Shown in pieces: positions 35,812 to 44,604 of a DNA stretch of 64,000 nt. The stretch lies in contig CAJOGD010000002.1 in the NCBI GenBank assembly GCA_905233975.1, positions 1,574-65,573 on the forward strand, written 5' to 3'. Numbering within the stretch: position 1 is the stretch's first letter; the number at the start of each line of letters is the position of its first letter. A program made the translations under genes and the position numbers. The notes beneath the pieces are model-generated. The model did not search any database. It saw only the letters and a list, made by a program, of their open reading frames with translations, and was not told the DNA's origin. The stretch comes from an uncultured Alphaproteobacteria bacterium. Lineage in GTDB: Bacteria > Pseudomonadota > Alphaproteobacteria > Rs-D84.

Positions 35812-35818
35812 TAATAAT

Positions 35819-36136
35819 TTACCGCAAGCCCATTGCGCGACAGCATTCGTTTGCCGCCGTTTTCCAATCAGAAAATTGTTTTTCTGGGTTGCGCAAATCG
35901 CGCCAGCCTTGCCACCCGCCACAATTCTTGCGGACACCCGTTCCCGTACATTTAACATAACGGCGCAGTGAACACGTCTGGTTCGAAAGTTTGCCCATGT
36001 CCGTTGTGCATTTGACAACAACGTTCTGATTTTTTGCGTCGCCCTTGCCCAATTCGCGGGAAGATAAAACCTGGTACGCGTGGGCGGAAATTATTGTTGA
36101 AAGCGCGAAAACAAAACCGATGAATAATTTTTTCAT
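35819..36136 (-). CDS. small secreted Cys-rich protein
   Basis: Start moved to ATG 36136 (MKKLFIGFVFALSTIISAHA), preceded by an AAAGGAG RBS. 8 Cys in about 85 mature residues. Last gene of the 40384..35819 operon. Confidence 0.6.
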   Translation of the reverse strand: MKKLFIGFVFALSTIISAHAYQVLSSRELGKGDAKNQNVVVKCTTDMGKLSNQTCSLRRYVKCTGTGVRKNCGGWQGWRDLRNPEKQFSDWKTAANECCRAMGLR

Positions 36137-36201
36137 TTCTTTCTCCTTTGCCTTTCCGGATTTTATTTTATAGAAAAACGGCGAAAAAGACAACAGGTTT
36201 T

Positions 36202-38109
36202 TTATCGGGCGGTGGACCATGGTTCGTCATTCATGAACAACCAATACAGCGATTGACTTTCGCGGCCGGGGTTGCGAATGATTGGGCGGACGACGTATAT
36301 ATCGACATCGCATGCGTATCTGTTGTCGGCCTCTTGGGTTTCGACCAGGTCTTGGTAAAACTTTTGCGCGAAATCCATCGCTTGCAAATACGCGGCGTCA
36401 TCGTCCGCGGCGTCGGCCGAATCGCCTGCCCACATCAGCCACATGCCATAGTTCACGACGTTATCTTGGCCTTCGATATCATCGGCGGACAGCAATAAAA
36501 GTGGTTTCATGGTGAGTCCGTTTGTAAATTCGTCCGTCGATGTGTTGGTCCAATCATAGAAATCGCCAAGCAGCCCCAGCACAAAGTGCAACGCGGCAAT
36601 ATCTTCGCCGACGCGTGCGATTCGGCCGGCGTTGCGCATGCTGGAATGAAACAGCCAATCGCGCAACCAACCAGATTTTTCCCCTTGTCGTGCAACTTTT
36701 GCGGCCTTGTTCAAAGTTTTTGTGCCATTGTGTGCGGCCTTGTAAGTTTTGCCAACGTTTTTAAGCCCTTGCCATGCGCGGCTTACCATATTTCCTGTGC
36801 GCGCCTTTTTGTATGCTTTAAGTTCCCGCGCATATTTTATTACGTTTTCAAGTTCTTTGGATTGTTTCGCGTATTCGGCGACATCTTTATCCGCCCGCGC
36901 CATTTTGGACATTTCTTTTTCGGTTTCGGAAATGGCCTTGGTGTTTTCTTCTATCATTTTTGTGAATTTTTCAAGGTCTTCGACTTTATCTACGCCCTCG
37001 CCTGCCTTGCCCAGTTTCCACATATTGTCGGCCTTTAGTTTCCGCGCCGCATCAAGCTGTTTTGCAATTTTTTCATATTTTTTTGAACCTTTGGTTGCCT
37101 TGGCCAGTGCCTTTTCAAGTTTATCAATGGTCTTGATTGTTTTCGTCATGTCGTTCATGTTGTCGATTTGTTTGGTTAGCCGCGCAACTTTTACCGATTC
37201 GCGAACATATTTTTGAACGTTTTCTATTCGCGTTAGCGTCTTCATGTTTTTGCCGATTTTGCCAATTATTCGCGTTGCGCGTGCAGCCTTGGCGCCCGCA
37301 CTTACCGCCGCAAAGCCGCCGAAACTTACCACCGTAAGGGCGATGTCCAATGCGATTTCTGCAAACGATATCCAATGCAGATTTATGTCGCCGGCGATAT
37401 AGTAATTGTTTTTGTCGTTATCATGTTTTGCGGTGTGTTCGTGCAGAACCCGGTGTATCATGGCCCCCCGCATTTTCGCGGTCACACCGGAACGCGTTGA
37501 ACACATGCCGTCCATATCGCGCGGGTAAAGATCCGATATGTTATCGTCAATATATTTCATGGATACTGTATTATTTTTGCCCGGGCCGACCATGTCGCGC
37601 AGTGCGCCCGATTGCACAACCATAATTCCGTACCATGCGGGATCGGTATTCACCCATGTTGCGGTTGCGTCATCGGGCGAAACCGCGGGATTCGGGTCGT
37701 CGGTCGGCAATTCAGTCTTGGTGGCAAGTATAAAGTGTTGTTCCAAAACTTTGGGTTGCGTTTCATAATTCACAACAATTTCGCGGCCGTTTGGAAAGGT
37801 ATATTGTATCGGCAAAAAACGAATGGTTTCGTTTTCGTCGGCATTAATAATTTCCGGACATGACAACACCGTCCCCAATGTTTCGGCGGATTGAAAGGTA
37901 TCGTATATCCATTGTTTAACATCCGATTCGGGGGCGTCCTGAGTAATTTTGTCGGCATTATCGGTCAGTGCGTTCAAGAAAGCACCGCGAACACATGTTG
38001 TATTCATCGGGGCATTCGCGGCAAGTAAATCGCCGGTCTGCTCTATTCCGCCCGCCGCAAACGCAGAAAATGGGAAGAGAAGAAATAAAGACAGAAATAT
38101 ACTTTTCAT
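36202..38109 (-). CDS. large secreted/membrane protein with a Lys-rich coiled coil, unknown function
   Basis: Signal peptide MKSIFLSLFLLFPFSAFA, a central hydrophobic hairpin (..ISFAEIALDIALTVVSFGGFAAVSAGA..), about 200 aa of K/E-rich coiled coil and an acidic C-terminus. The start is 1 nt after the upstream stop. Confidence 0.65.
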   Translation of the reverse strand: MKSIFLSLFLLFPFSAFAAGGIEQTGDLLAANAPMNTTCVRGAFLNALTDNADKITQDAPESDVKQWIYDTFQSAETLGTVLSCPEIINADENETIRFLPIQYTFPNGREIVVNYETQPKVLEQHFILATKTELPTDDPNPAVSPDDATATWVNTDPAWYGIMVVQSGALRDMVGPGKNNTVSMKYIDDNISDLYPRDMDGMCSTRSGVTAKMRGAMIHRVLHEHTAKHDNDKNNYYIAGDINLHWISFAEIALDIALTVVSFGGFAAVSAGAKAARATRIIGKIGKNMKTLTRIENVQKYVRESVKVARLTKQIDNMNDMTKTIKTIDKLEKALAKATKGSKKYEKIAKQLDAARKLKADNMWKLGKAGEGVDKVEDLEKFTKMIEENTKAISETEKEMSKMARADKDVAEYAKQSKELENVIKYARELKAYKKARTGNMVSRAWQGLKNVGKTYKAAHNGTKTLNKAAKVARQGEKSGWLRDWLFHSSMRNAGRIARVGEDIAALHFVLGLLGDFYDWTNTSTDEFTNGLTMKPLLLLSADDIEGQDNVVNYGMWLMWAGDSADAADDDAAYLQAMDFAQKFYQDLVETQEADNRYACDVDIYVVRPIIRNPGRESQSLYWLFMNDEPWSTAR

Positions 38110-38110
38110 A

Positions 38111-39877
38111 TCATCTTATAACAAATGGTTCGGAAACAATGCGTATGGTTGTGGCGTCATCTTCGTCTGGTGCAACCTCCGCTGCTAAATAGACAACCAT
38201 ATTGTTGCTAGCGCATCCACCGTCTGCGATAATTCCTTCGGCAAATTTCTTTATTTGTTCCCGCGCCAATGCATAATTCTTTGTTTTTATTAAATGCATT
38301 CCTCCGGTTAAACCGGTAAAAGTTTGATGATAATTATATAACATTCCTGGGAAACTGACTCTGCCAAGTGCAAATCCCTCACCAGAGCCGCTTGGCTTGG
38401 GATATACTGGGCGCGCCGCAGCTTCAATGGCTGTCTTGGCACCAGAAAACGTGCTTATAACATTGTTTGTATGAAAAGGACCTGTGCATTGACGATTCCT
38501 TTCTGGTAATGAAGTGGTGGATTTTGATAATGTCGTTCCAATATTTTTTACACCATCGTTTCTTATGGCCAGTGGGTATGTCCAATAATTCGCATAGTCG
38601 AACAGTTCCATTTTATCTATACTAATATCTGTTGACGAGCCATTTGGTTCAATGTGAATCGGAATGACCTTGAATTGATCAAGGAAAGAATTGAATTCTG
38701 TCATGTCGGCAGGCGAAGCCTTTTTTAAACAATATTGGACAACGTAATCGGCAATAAAAGAATAAAAGCCGGTTTTGTTATTGTTAATCCATTTGTTTAA
38801 ATCCGTAACACCATTTAAATCGGTCGAAATCTTAGATTTAAATGCAGAATCTTGTGATATGTCCTTTAAACATTGTGGCATGTTTTGAGGATCCGGTGGC
38901 AGGGTTCCACCACCGTTACCACCGCCGTTTCCGCCTCCATTGCCACCGCCGTTTCCGCCTCCATTGCCGCCACTGTTACCACCGCCATTACCCCCACCTG
39001 TGGAACCGCCGCCATTACCACCGCCGTTACCACCGTTGGTGGTCGGGGCTTCTTCTTTTTTGCACTTTGGATCCGTCGGGTGTTCTTTGCAATATTTTTC
39101 CACACATTCCGCCTCATTCGGGCGACGGTTGCAGTATTCGTCGAAATTTTGTGCTTTTAGGCGTTCAAAGAAATTTGCGTCTTCGCCAAGGAAATTCGGT
39201 TTTTTGTATGATTTCAAATCTTTATATGGCTCATACCCTGCGGTGGTGTTAGCAAGCCGGTCTGTGAATGATAAATCCGCGGTTGTTTTTGGAAAATCCG
39301 CCGCACGCAGTGCTGGCGTGGCCGTCGTCATCGATTGTAATCTTTCCAATTCCGCCGCGCGGTCGGCAACGGCGCGCTGGTCCGCGGTGGGTTGTTGTTT
39401 AAACGGATTGGCAATTTCGATGTTTGTTGTTTGCTTTGTGGTTTTAACAGTATTGACCGCGGACGTATTGCCGTATTGTTTTTGAAATTTTTCAAACGTG
39501 GAATCGATATATCCACCACAAGATGTTGCAAAATTATGTCCGGGTAATTGCGATAGTTGCACCATAATTGTTGGGCGAACATCAGAAATGCGCAATCCCG
39601 CACAATAATTATGTTCGGCGCAATATGATGTGACCAGGTTTTCAACAACACGATTGCAATCGCCGGTATTCAAATCCGCACCGTTTGCATAAATTGGCTT
39701 TGGAAAGTTTTGATTATAAGGACTGTTTTTATTCCAAAATGGATTGGACGAGTAATTTTTTACCGACTGAATTTCCCCGTATTGCGAAAGAATTGCCGGT
39801 GCCGTTCCAACCGCATGTGCCGCCCCGGCGCACAACGCCGCGACCGATAATGTCAACAAACAATTGGTTTTTTTCAT
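38111..39877 (-). CDS. large secreted protein with a (GGGN)n tract, unknown function
   Basis: Signal peptide MKKTNCLLTLSVAALCAGAAHA, Cys pairs, and NGGNGGGNGGGSTGGGNGGGNSGGNGGGNGGGNGGGNGGGNGGG encoded at 38907..39042. Confidence 0.65.
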   Translation of the reverse strand: MKKTNCLLTLSVAALCAGAAHAVGTAPAILSQYGEIQSVKNYSSNPFWNKNSPYNQNFPKPIYANGADLNTGDCNRVVENLVTSYCAEHNYCAGLRISDVRPTIMVQLSQLPGHNFATSCGGYIDSTFEKFQKQYGNTSAVNTVKTTKQTTNIEIANPFKQQPTADQRAVADRAAELERLQSMTTATPALRAADFPKTTADLSFTDRLANTTAGYEPYKDLKSYKKPNFLGEDANFFERLKAQNFDEYCNRRPNEAECVEKYCKEHPTDPKCKKEEAPTTNGGNGGGNGGGSTGGGNGGGNSGGNGGGNGGGNGGGNGGGNGGGTLPPDPQNMPQCLKDISQDSAFKSKISTDLNGVTDLNKWINNNKTGFYSFIADYVVQYCLKKASPADMTEFNSFLDQFKVIPIHIEPNGSSTDISIDKMELFDYANYWTYPLAIRNDGVKNIGTTLSKSTTSLPERNRQCTGPFHTNNVISTFSGAKTAIEAAARPVYPKPSGSGEGFALGRVSFPGMLYNYHQTFTGLTGGMHLIKTKNYALAREQIKKFAEGIIADGGCASNNMVVYLAAEVAPDEDDATTIRIVSEPFVIR

Positions 39878-39901
39878 TCTCTGTCCAATTTTATAGACTT
39901 A

Positions 39902-40384
39902 TTATATCAAAAACGCAATCGTAATCAAAGACAAAATTCCACCGATTATGAAAAAAGGTGCAAAAGGAATAAATCTCTGTTTTTTTCTGTACGCCCATGT
40001 CGCACCAAATATGCAGGCCAGCACCAGCGCAATCGCCAAACCCGTCGGCCCACACCAAAGTCCGCCCACACTGATCAGTTTTATGTCGCCCATGCCGATT
40101 GGGCTTTCGGCCCTTGGGTTTCGTTTGGTCAAGATTTTATCGAAAATCAAACCGATGATTGTTGATAACAAATATCCAAACGTCATGCCGACCACGCCCG
40201 ATTCGATGTTCGTTGGCCATGGAAAAAATGTCGTGATGATAAGTCCGATGATAAGGACCGGAACCAGGTATGCATCCGGAATAATGCGCCGCCGCATGTC
40301 GGCCCTTGCGATTTTATAGCAAAGCCCCAGTGCCATAAGAATTAATACAGAAAAAAAAGACCAAAATATGTATAAAAACATCAT
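39902..40384 (-). CDS. A24-family prepilin peptidase (CpaA-like, short form)
   Basis: 160 aa, 5 TM helices, both catalytic Asp contexts (RRIIPD and GMGDIKL). Confidence 0.75.
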   Translation of the reverse strand: MMFLYIFWSFFSVLILMALGLCYKIARADMRRRIIPDAYLVPVLIIGLIITTFFPWPTNIESGVVGMTFGYLLSTIIGLIFDKILTKRNPRAESPIGMGDIKLISVGGLWCGPTGLAIALVLACIFGATWAYRKKQRFIPFAPFFIIGGILSLITIAFLI

Positions 40385-40412
40385 TTCCTCCTTGCGTTTC
40401 GAATCGGTTATG

Positions 40413-40430
40413 TGATACTATATAGTATCA
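40413..40430. promoter_or_regulatory. perfect 18-bp palindrome in the divergent peptidase/gcrA intergenic region
   Basis: TGATACTATATAGTATCA is identical to its reverse complement. A GANTC site (GAATC) lies about 12 nt upstream. Confidence 0.5.
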
Positions 40431-40457
40431 TAATATATGGATTGAGGCCAAAATAAA

Positions 40458-41039
40458 ATGAGTAAATCGTGGGATAACAGTATATTAAAAAAGCTAAAAA
40501 CCTTGGTGGGCAAGGGTTTGTCCACGTCGGAAATTGGTAAAAGGTTGGGTCTTTCGAAAAATGCCGTTGTGGGTAAGTTGCACAGACTTGGATGGAACGC
40601 CAAGGCGTCTGACGCCGAAGTTGTAAAACCCAAGGTGGCGGACAAGAAACCGGTCGCGGCGAAAAAGACGGCACCCCGGGCGGCCGCAAAGGTTGAAAAA
40701 AAGGCGGCGCACGTGAAAAAGTCCGGTGATGCGGCGGTAAAGAAATCGGCGGTGGCAAAACCGGCCAAGGAAACAAAATCGGCGGAAAAACCAAAAGAAC
40801 CCGCGCCGAAAAAGACCGGCGGGCATGCGATTGCCGGTAAAGGGGTCGCGGTGCATCAACGTATGGTTCAACATGCGTTGGAAATGGCAAACCTTAAACC
40901 GAATCAGTGCCGTTGGCCAATTGGGGATCCGGATTCCGAAGGGTTTCATTTTTGTGGGCATCCGGTATTTGTTGGCAAACCGTATTGTTATGAGCACTGT
41001 AAACAGGCATATCAATTTGCGCCACCAAAGAAAAAATAG
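40458..41039 (+). CDS. gcrA: GcrA cell-cycle regulator
   Basis: N-terminus W....I..LK.L...GLS.SEIG..LG.SKNAV(V/I)GK.HRLG, a Lys/Ala-rich linker, and the C-terminus C.WPIGDP....F.FCG......KPYC..HC..AYQ. Confidence 0.9.
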   Translation: MSKSWDNSILKKLKTLVGKGLSTSEIGKRLGLSKNAVVGKLHRLGWNAKASDAEVVKPKVADKKPVAAKKTAPRAAAKVEKKAAHVKKSGDAAVKKSAVAKPAKETKSAEKPKEPAPKKTGGHAIAGKGVAVHQRMVQHALEMANLKPNQCRWPIGDPDSEGFHFCGHPVFVGKPYCYEHCKQAYQFAPPKKK

Positions 41040-41060
41040 TGTGTCGGGGGGATTATAAGA

Positions 41061-43352
41061 ATGTCAGGAGAGAATACAGAATTTCGTGACCTATCCTTGC
41101 GTGAATACGACATCGTCGGAAACGTGTTTCGTGCGTGGTTTGATGATGACGGGTTGGCGGTTGTCGTTGATGAAACCATCGATGAATATAAACCAAATGT
41201 TTTGTTGGTTGTGCGGCCGCGGGATTCGCGCAAGTGGGACGATTTGCTGGCGAACACATATAATATAGATTTGGAATTGGTGCGCCCAAAGAAAGATAAC
41301 AAGTATCAAAAACTTGATGTCGAATACGGTGGTACAGAAATTTATGAAAAATTAATTCGTGAATATGAAAATCATGGCGATATCAAAGGCGCGCTTGCGA
41401 ATTTAATGGATTTTCGTGATGCGGCGGTGCGGCGGTCGGCCCTGGGGCGGTTGAATGCGGCCCAAGAAGAAATGGATTTGGCGACCGCAACCGCGACCAA
41501 GGCGCAAAATTCTATTCGGGGACTTGGGGATCGTGTGCGCAGTTTGCGTGGCAAACTTGCCCGGCAAAAGGAACGTATCGGGCGCGAACCCGCGAAACAG
41601 TCTGCATCAAGAATTCTGCGAACGGAATCCCAAATTGAATCGACCGAAGAAAAAAAAGAACGTGCGGAAAAACGTTTGGAAAATGCGCGGCGGCGTATTG
41701 ATGCCGCAACCGAAGAGATAAATGCCATTAATGCGTTGCTTGCGCGGCGGCGTCCGTCGGTTGATGATGTGGGCGCAAAACCCAAAGTTATAGAGGCCAG
41801 GACCAAAAAAAATAATGTGGCCAAAATGCCTGTGCCCGAAAATGAAAATAAAACAGAAGAAATTAATGAACCCGAGGAATCAGAAATGTCAAAAGAATCA
41901 AATGAAGTCAAACCATTGTTGGACAAAGACCCGGAAATAATGGACGAAGAAATCGCTTTCAAACCGGTTAATTTTGACGATTTACCATCGCCGTATGCGG
42001 ACGAACCGTCGCGTCCTTTGTCGCCGTACGATTCCACCGCGGACGACGAACCAAAGCCAGAGGTTGCTGATGATGCGGGTGACAAAAACGATAAACCTTT
42101 TGGGTTCCCAGAAATGACCACAGAGTCAAGTGCAGAGTTAGAAGCCAAGGACGATGATAAGGCGGTTGATACGCCAGAGTCCGCTGATGTTAATAATGAT
42201 ACAGAATCCAATGTGGCTGAATCCGATTCTTATGCGGTTGAAGAAAAAACTGAATCGGAAGAACCACAGGCGGAAGAAAGTGAGCCTGAAAATGATGGCG
42301 CGCCCGAATCTGATTCAACGTCTTTGACCGAATTTACTGATAATTTTAGGCATGATGATTTGAAAATACACGAATACGCCGATGCGGATAATACAGAAAC
42401 AGATAATGCCGCAACGTCCGTTGAAACCCCGTCGGATTCAGAACATCATAATAATGTCGATGAAGCGCCAAAGCGTCCTTTTACACCAGTGGAGGTTCCA
42501 AAAATGCCTGTTAATAATACAAGACCGATGTCGCCAATTAGTGCCGACGAAAGACCGCGCCCGGTTGGTGGCAAACGTTCAAGTTTTGCGTATTATGTTT
42601 TGTTGATTTTGTTAATTGCATTGTCTGTTTTCACTTTGTGGCTGTACCAGAACAAGCATGGTGGAACGGTGCCTTTCCTTGGCATGGGTGAGCGTGTTGA
42701 ACAACCTGTGTCGAAAGATGCGGACGTTGAACCGGATGTGCCGGTGGTGCCCGCGGTACAAGAGGAACCGGACGAGCCGGTTGTGTTGCCAACGCCGGTG
42801 GTCGAACCGGTACCGGTTGTTGCGCCCGCGCCGGTGGAAAAACCAATAGAGGTACGTTTCCCGAACGATGACATTTTGCGTGGCCCGGAACCAGAAGTCC
42901 CGGTGGTTGAATCAGAAGAAGATGTGTTGGCACGCAAGGCGCCGTATGGGGTTTCGCGTGATGATAAGCCTGTATTCATAGAGGCACCAGAGCCGGTTAT
43001 TGAAACGGTTGTTGAAACTGTGGTTGAAGAACCGGTGATTAATGTGACGACTGTGACAGCGCCTGATGTTATTTTCGAAGACGACGTTGTTTCGGTTCCA
43101 ATGCCGATGATGAATGAAGATGTGGATTTTGAATATGAAAATTCGGCAAATGTTCCGTATGTTCCTGAACCATACGTTGTGGAACAACCGCGTCAGTATG
43201 TCCCGGAACCCCAGTATGTTCCAAAGCCGCAATATGTTGAATCAAACTATGATTATGTGGAAGAGCCCATGGAAGAAACGCGTCGCAATTTGACGATACA
43301 CGACGGTGGGCAATACAGTGTGACGGAAACTGTGGTATACCGGGCAAATTAG
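41061..43352 (+). CDS. large acidic coiled-coil / Pro-rich protein with one central TM helix
   Basis: 763 aa, starting 21 nt after gcrA. Coiled coil at aa ~120-230, a D/E-rich region, the TM helix SFAYYVLLILLIALSVFTLWLY, then a PV/PE-rich segment (..PEPQYVPKPQYV..). No family recognised. Confidence 0.6.
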   Translation: MSGENTEFRDLSLREYDIVGNVFRAWFDDDGLAVVVDETIDEYKPNVLLVVRPRDSRKWDDLLANTYNIDLELVRPKKDNKYQKLDVEYGGTEIYEKLIREYENHGDIKGALANLMDFRDAAVRRSALGRLNAAQEEMDLATATATKAQNSIRGLGDRVRSLRGKLARQKERIGREPAKQSASRILRTESQIESTEEKKERAEKRLENARRRIDAATEEINAINALLARRRPSVDDVGAKPKVIEARTKKNNVAKMPVPENENKTEEINEPEESEMSKESNEVKPLLDKDPEIMDEEIAFKPVNFDDLPSPYADEPSRPLSPYDSTADDEPKPEVADDAGDKNDKPFGFPEMTTESSAELEAKDDDKAVDTPESADVNNDTESNVAESDSYAVEEKTESEEPQAEESEPENDGAPESDSTSLTEFTDNFRHDDLKIHEYADADNTETDNAATSVETPSDSEHHNNVDEAPKRPFTPVEVPKMPVNNTRPMSPISADERPRPVGGKRSSFAYYVLLILLIALSVFTLWLYQNKHGGTVPFLGMGERVEQPVSKDADVEPDVPVVPAVQEEPDEPVVLPTPVVEPVPVVAPAPVEKPIEVRFPNDDILRGPEPEVPVVESEEDVLARKAPYGVSRDDKPVFIEAPEPVIETVVETVVEEPVINVTTVTAPDVIFEDDVVSVPMPMMNEDVDFEYENSANVPYVPEPYVVEQPRQYVPEPQYVPKPQYVESNYDYVEEPMEETRRNLTIHDGGQYSVTETVVYRAN

Positions 43353-43419
43353 CAAATGGTTTTGATATAAAAAAATATCACACGTTTTGTGTGATATTTT
43401 TTGCTTTGACATAAAAATG

Positions 43420-43797
43420 TTATTGTTTTTCAATTACGACCATTGCCACAGAAAAATTATCCTGGTCAGAAATGGAAAGATGAACCGCGGCCGTTATTCC
43501 GGCAAGTTCTTTCAACGCGTTACGCGCGCCACCCGCAATCATTATTTCGGGATGGCCATTGTCGTCATGAATAACGGATATATCAGAAAACGCGATGTCG
43601 TCACCAAACCCGGTGCCAAGCGCTTTTAAACATGCCTCGCGCGCGGCCCAAAAATTGGCAAGATGCTTTTCCGCGTTTGCACTATCCGCGTCCGCGTATT
43701 CAAGTTCTTTTTTTGTAAATATGCGTTGTTTTTTAAATGCGGACCAATCAAGAAAACGACCTGATTCGACCAAATCAATTCCGATACCAACGATCAT
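43420..43797 (-). CDS. acpS: holo-[acyl-carrier-protein] synthase
   Basis: Start moved to ATG 43797 (MIVGIGIDLVE), preceded by a GGGAGGAAAG RBS. ..FAAREA.(L/F)KA.G.G... motif present. Confidence 0.85.
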   Translation of the reverse strand: MIVGIGIDLVESGRFLDWSAFKKQRIFTKKELEYADADSANAEKHLANFWAAREACLKALGTGFGDDIAFSDISVIHDDNGHPEIMIAGGARNALKELAGITAAVHLSISDQDNFSVAMVVIEKQ

Positions 43798-43964
43798 AAG
43801 GCTTTCCTCCCTTTTTTTAGTATCTGTTAAATTTGACATGTGAATATAGAAACTTTTTACCGATTCGTGCAAGTGGAAATTTTTGTAATTTACAGTTTAT
43901 AAAATAATTGTTGATTTTTATAATCATTATATATTATAATGAATTTGAACCAAAGGAGATAAAT

Positions 43965-44255
43965 ATGAAAAAAACCAATTTGTTTATTGTTTCTGTGGCT
44001 TTCGTGGCGGCGTTGTTTGTTGGTGCGGCAAATGCGGCGCCGAATCGCGGTGGCGGACATCATGCGCCGCGGCAGTTCGTGACGCATACACATGGTGCCG
44101 CATCGCGTCATGGTGGTCATCATCAAGTGGTTCAGGTTGTGCCTACACCTGTGGTGATACCGGCGACGCCACATCATCACCACCATCATCATCATAGAAC
44201 GCGTGCGGGCGATATTATCGTTGCGACGGCCATATTATTATCAGCGTTTATGTAA
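43965..44255 (+). CDS. small secreted His-rich protein (H8 tract)
   Basis: ATG 43965 after an AAAGGAG RBS. Signal peptide MKKTNLFIVSVAFVAALFVGAANA, 21 His in about 70 mature residues including HHHHHHHH, and a hydrophobic C-terminal tail. The terminator AAACCGCCCCGGCGGTTT lies at 44261..44278. Confidence 0.65.
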   Translation: MKKTNLFIVSVAFVAALFVGAANAAPNRGGGHHAPRQFVTHTHGAASRHGGHHQVVQVVPTPVVIPATPHHHHHHHHRTRAGDIIVATAILLSAFM

Positions 44256-44337
44256 AAAAGAAACCGCCCCGGCGGTTTTTTTAATGCTTTATATGATTGC
44301 AAATCGTTAAAATTTATATTAACATGGTATTTGTCGT

Positions 44338-44414
44338 CGGGGCGTAGCTCAGCCTGGTAGAGTACTTGCATGGGGTGCAAGGGGTCGCAGGTTCGATTCC
44401 TGTCGCCCCGACCA
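44338..44414 (+). tRNA. tRNA-Pro (anticodon GGG)
   Basis: CGGGGCG/CGCCCCG acceptor stem, anticodon loop ATGGGGT, GGTTCGATTCC T-arm and CCA. A candidate promoter TTGCAA-17-TAACAT lies at 44297..44325. Confidence 0.9.
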
Positions 44415-44594
44415 TAAAATTCAAATCGGTCTAGTGTCGATTTGAATTTTATCGTGGGTATAACGGATCGAACATCGCGTTGCGAAGCAAGGCCAGGTTC
44501 GGAACAAGCGCACAAAGTGCGCGCAGTGAAAGGGGCCCGCGAGCAAGGCGAGTGGGAATTACATTCCTGTCGCCCCGACCATAAAATTCAAATC
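44396..44594 (+). repeat. 32-bp perfect direct repeat (tRNA-Pro 3' end plus 13 nt) bracketing a 135-bp insert
   Basis: ATTCCTGTCGCCCCGACCATAAAATTCAAATC occurs at 44396..44427 and again at 44563..44594. Confidence 0.85.
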
Positions 44595-44604
44595 TGGTTC
44601 GCAC

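Noticed and set aside
40494-40510. Third hix-like half-site (AAAAACCTTGGTGGG) inside gcrA that could pair with site 1 for a 5.5-kb inversion
   Set aside because: Only one half-site matches and the other half is GC-rich coding sequence. Inversion would also destroy gcrA. It is most likely coincidence.
40408-40890. 160-aa and 116-aa minus-strand ORFs with Pro/Arg-rich sequence
   Set aside because: They are antisense to gcrA, whose identity is secure.
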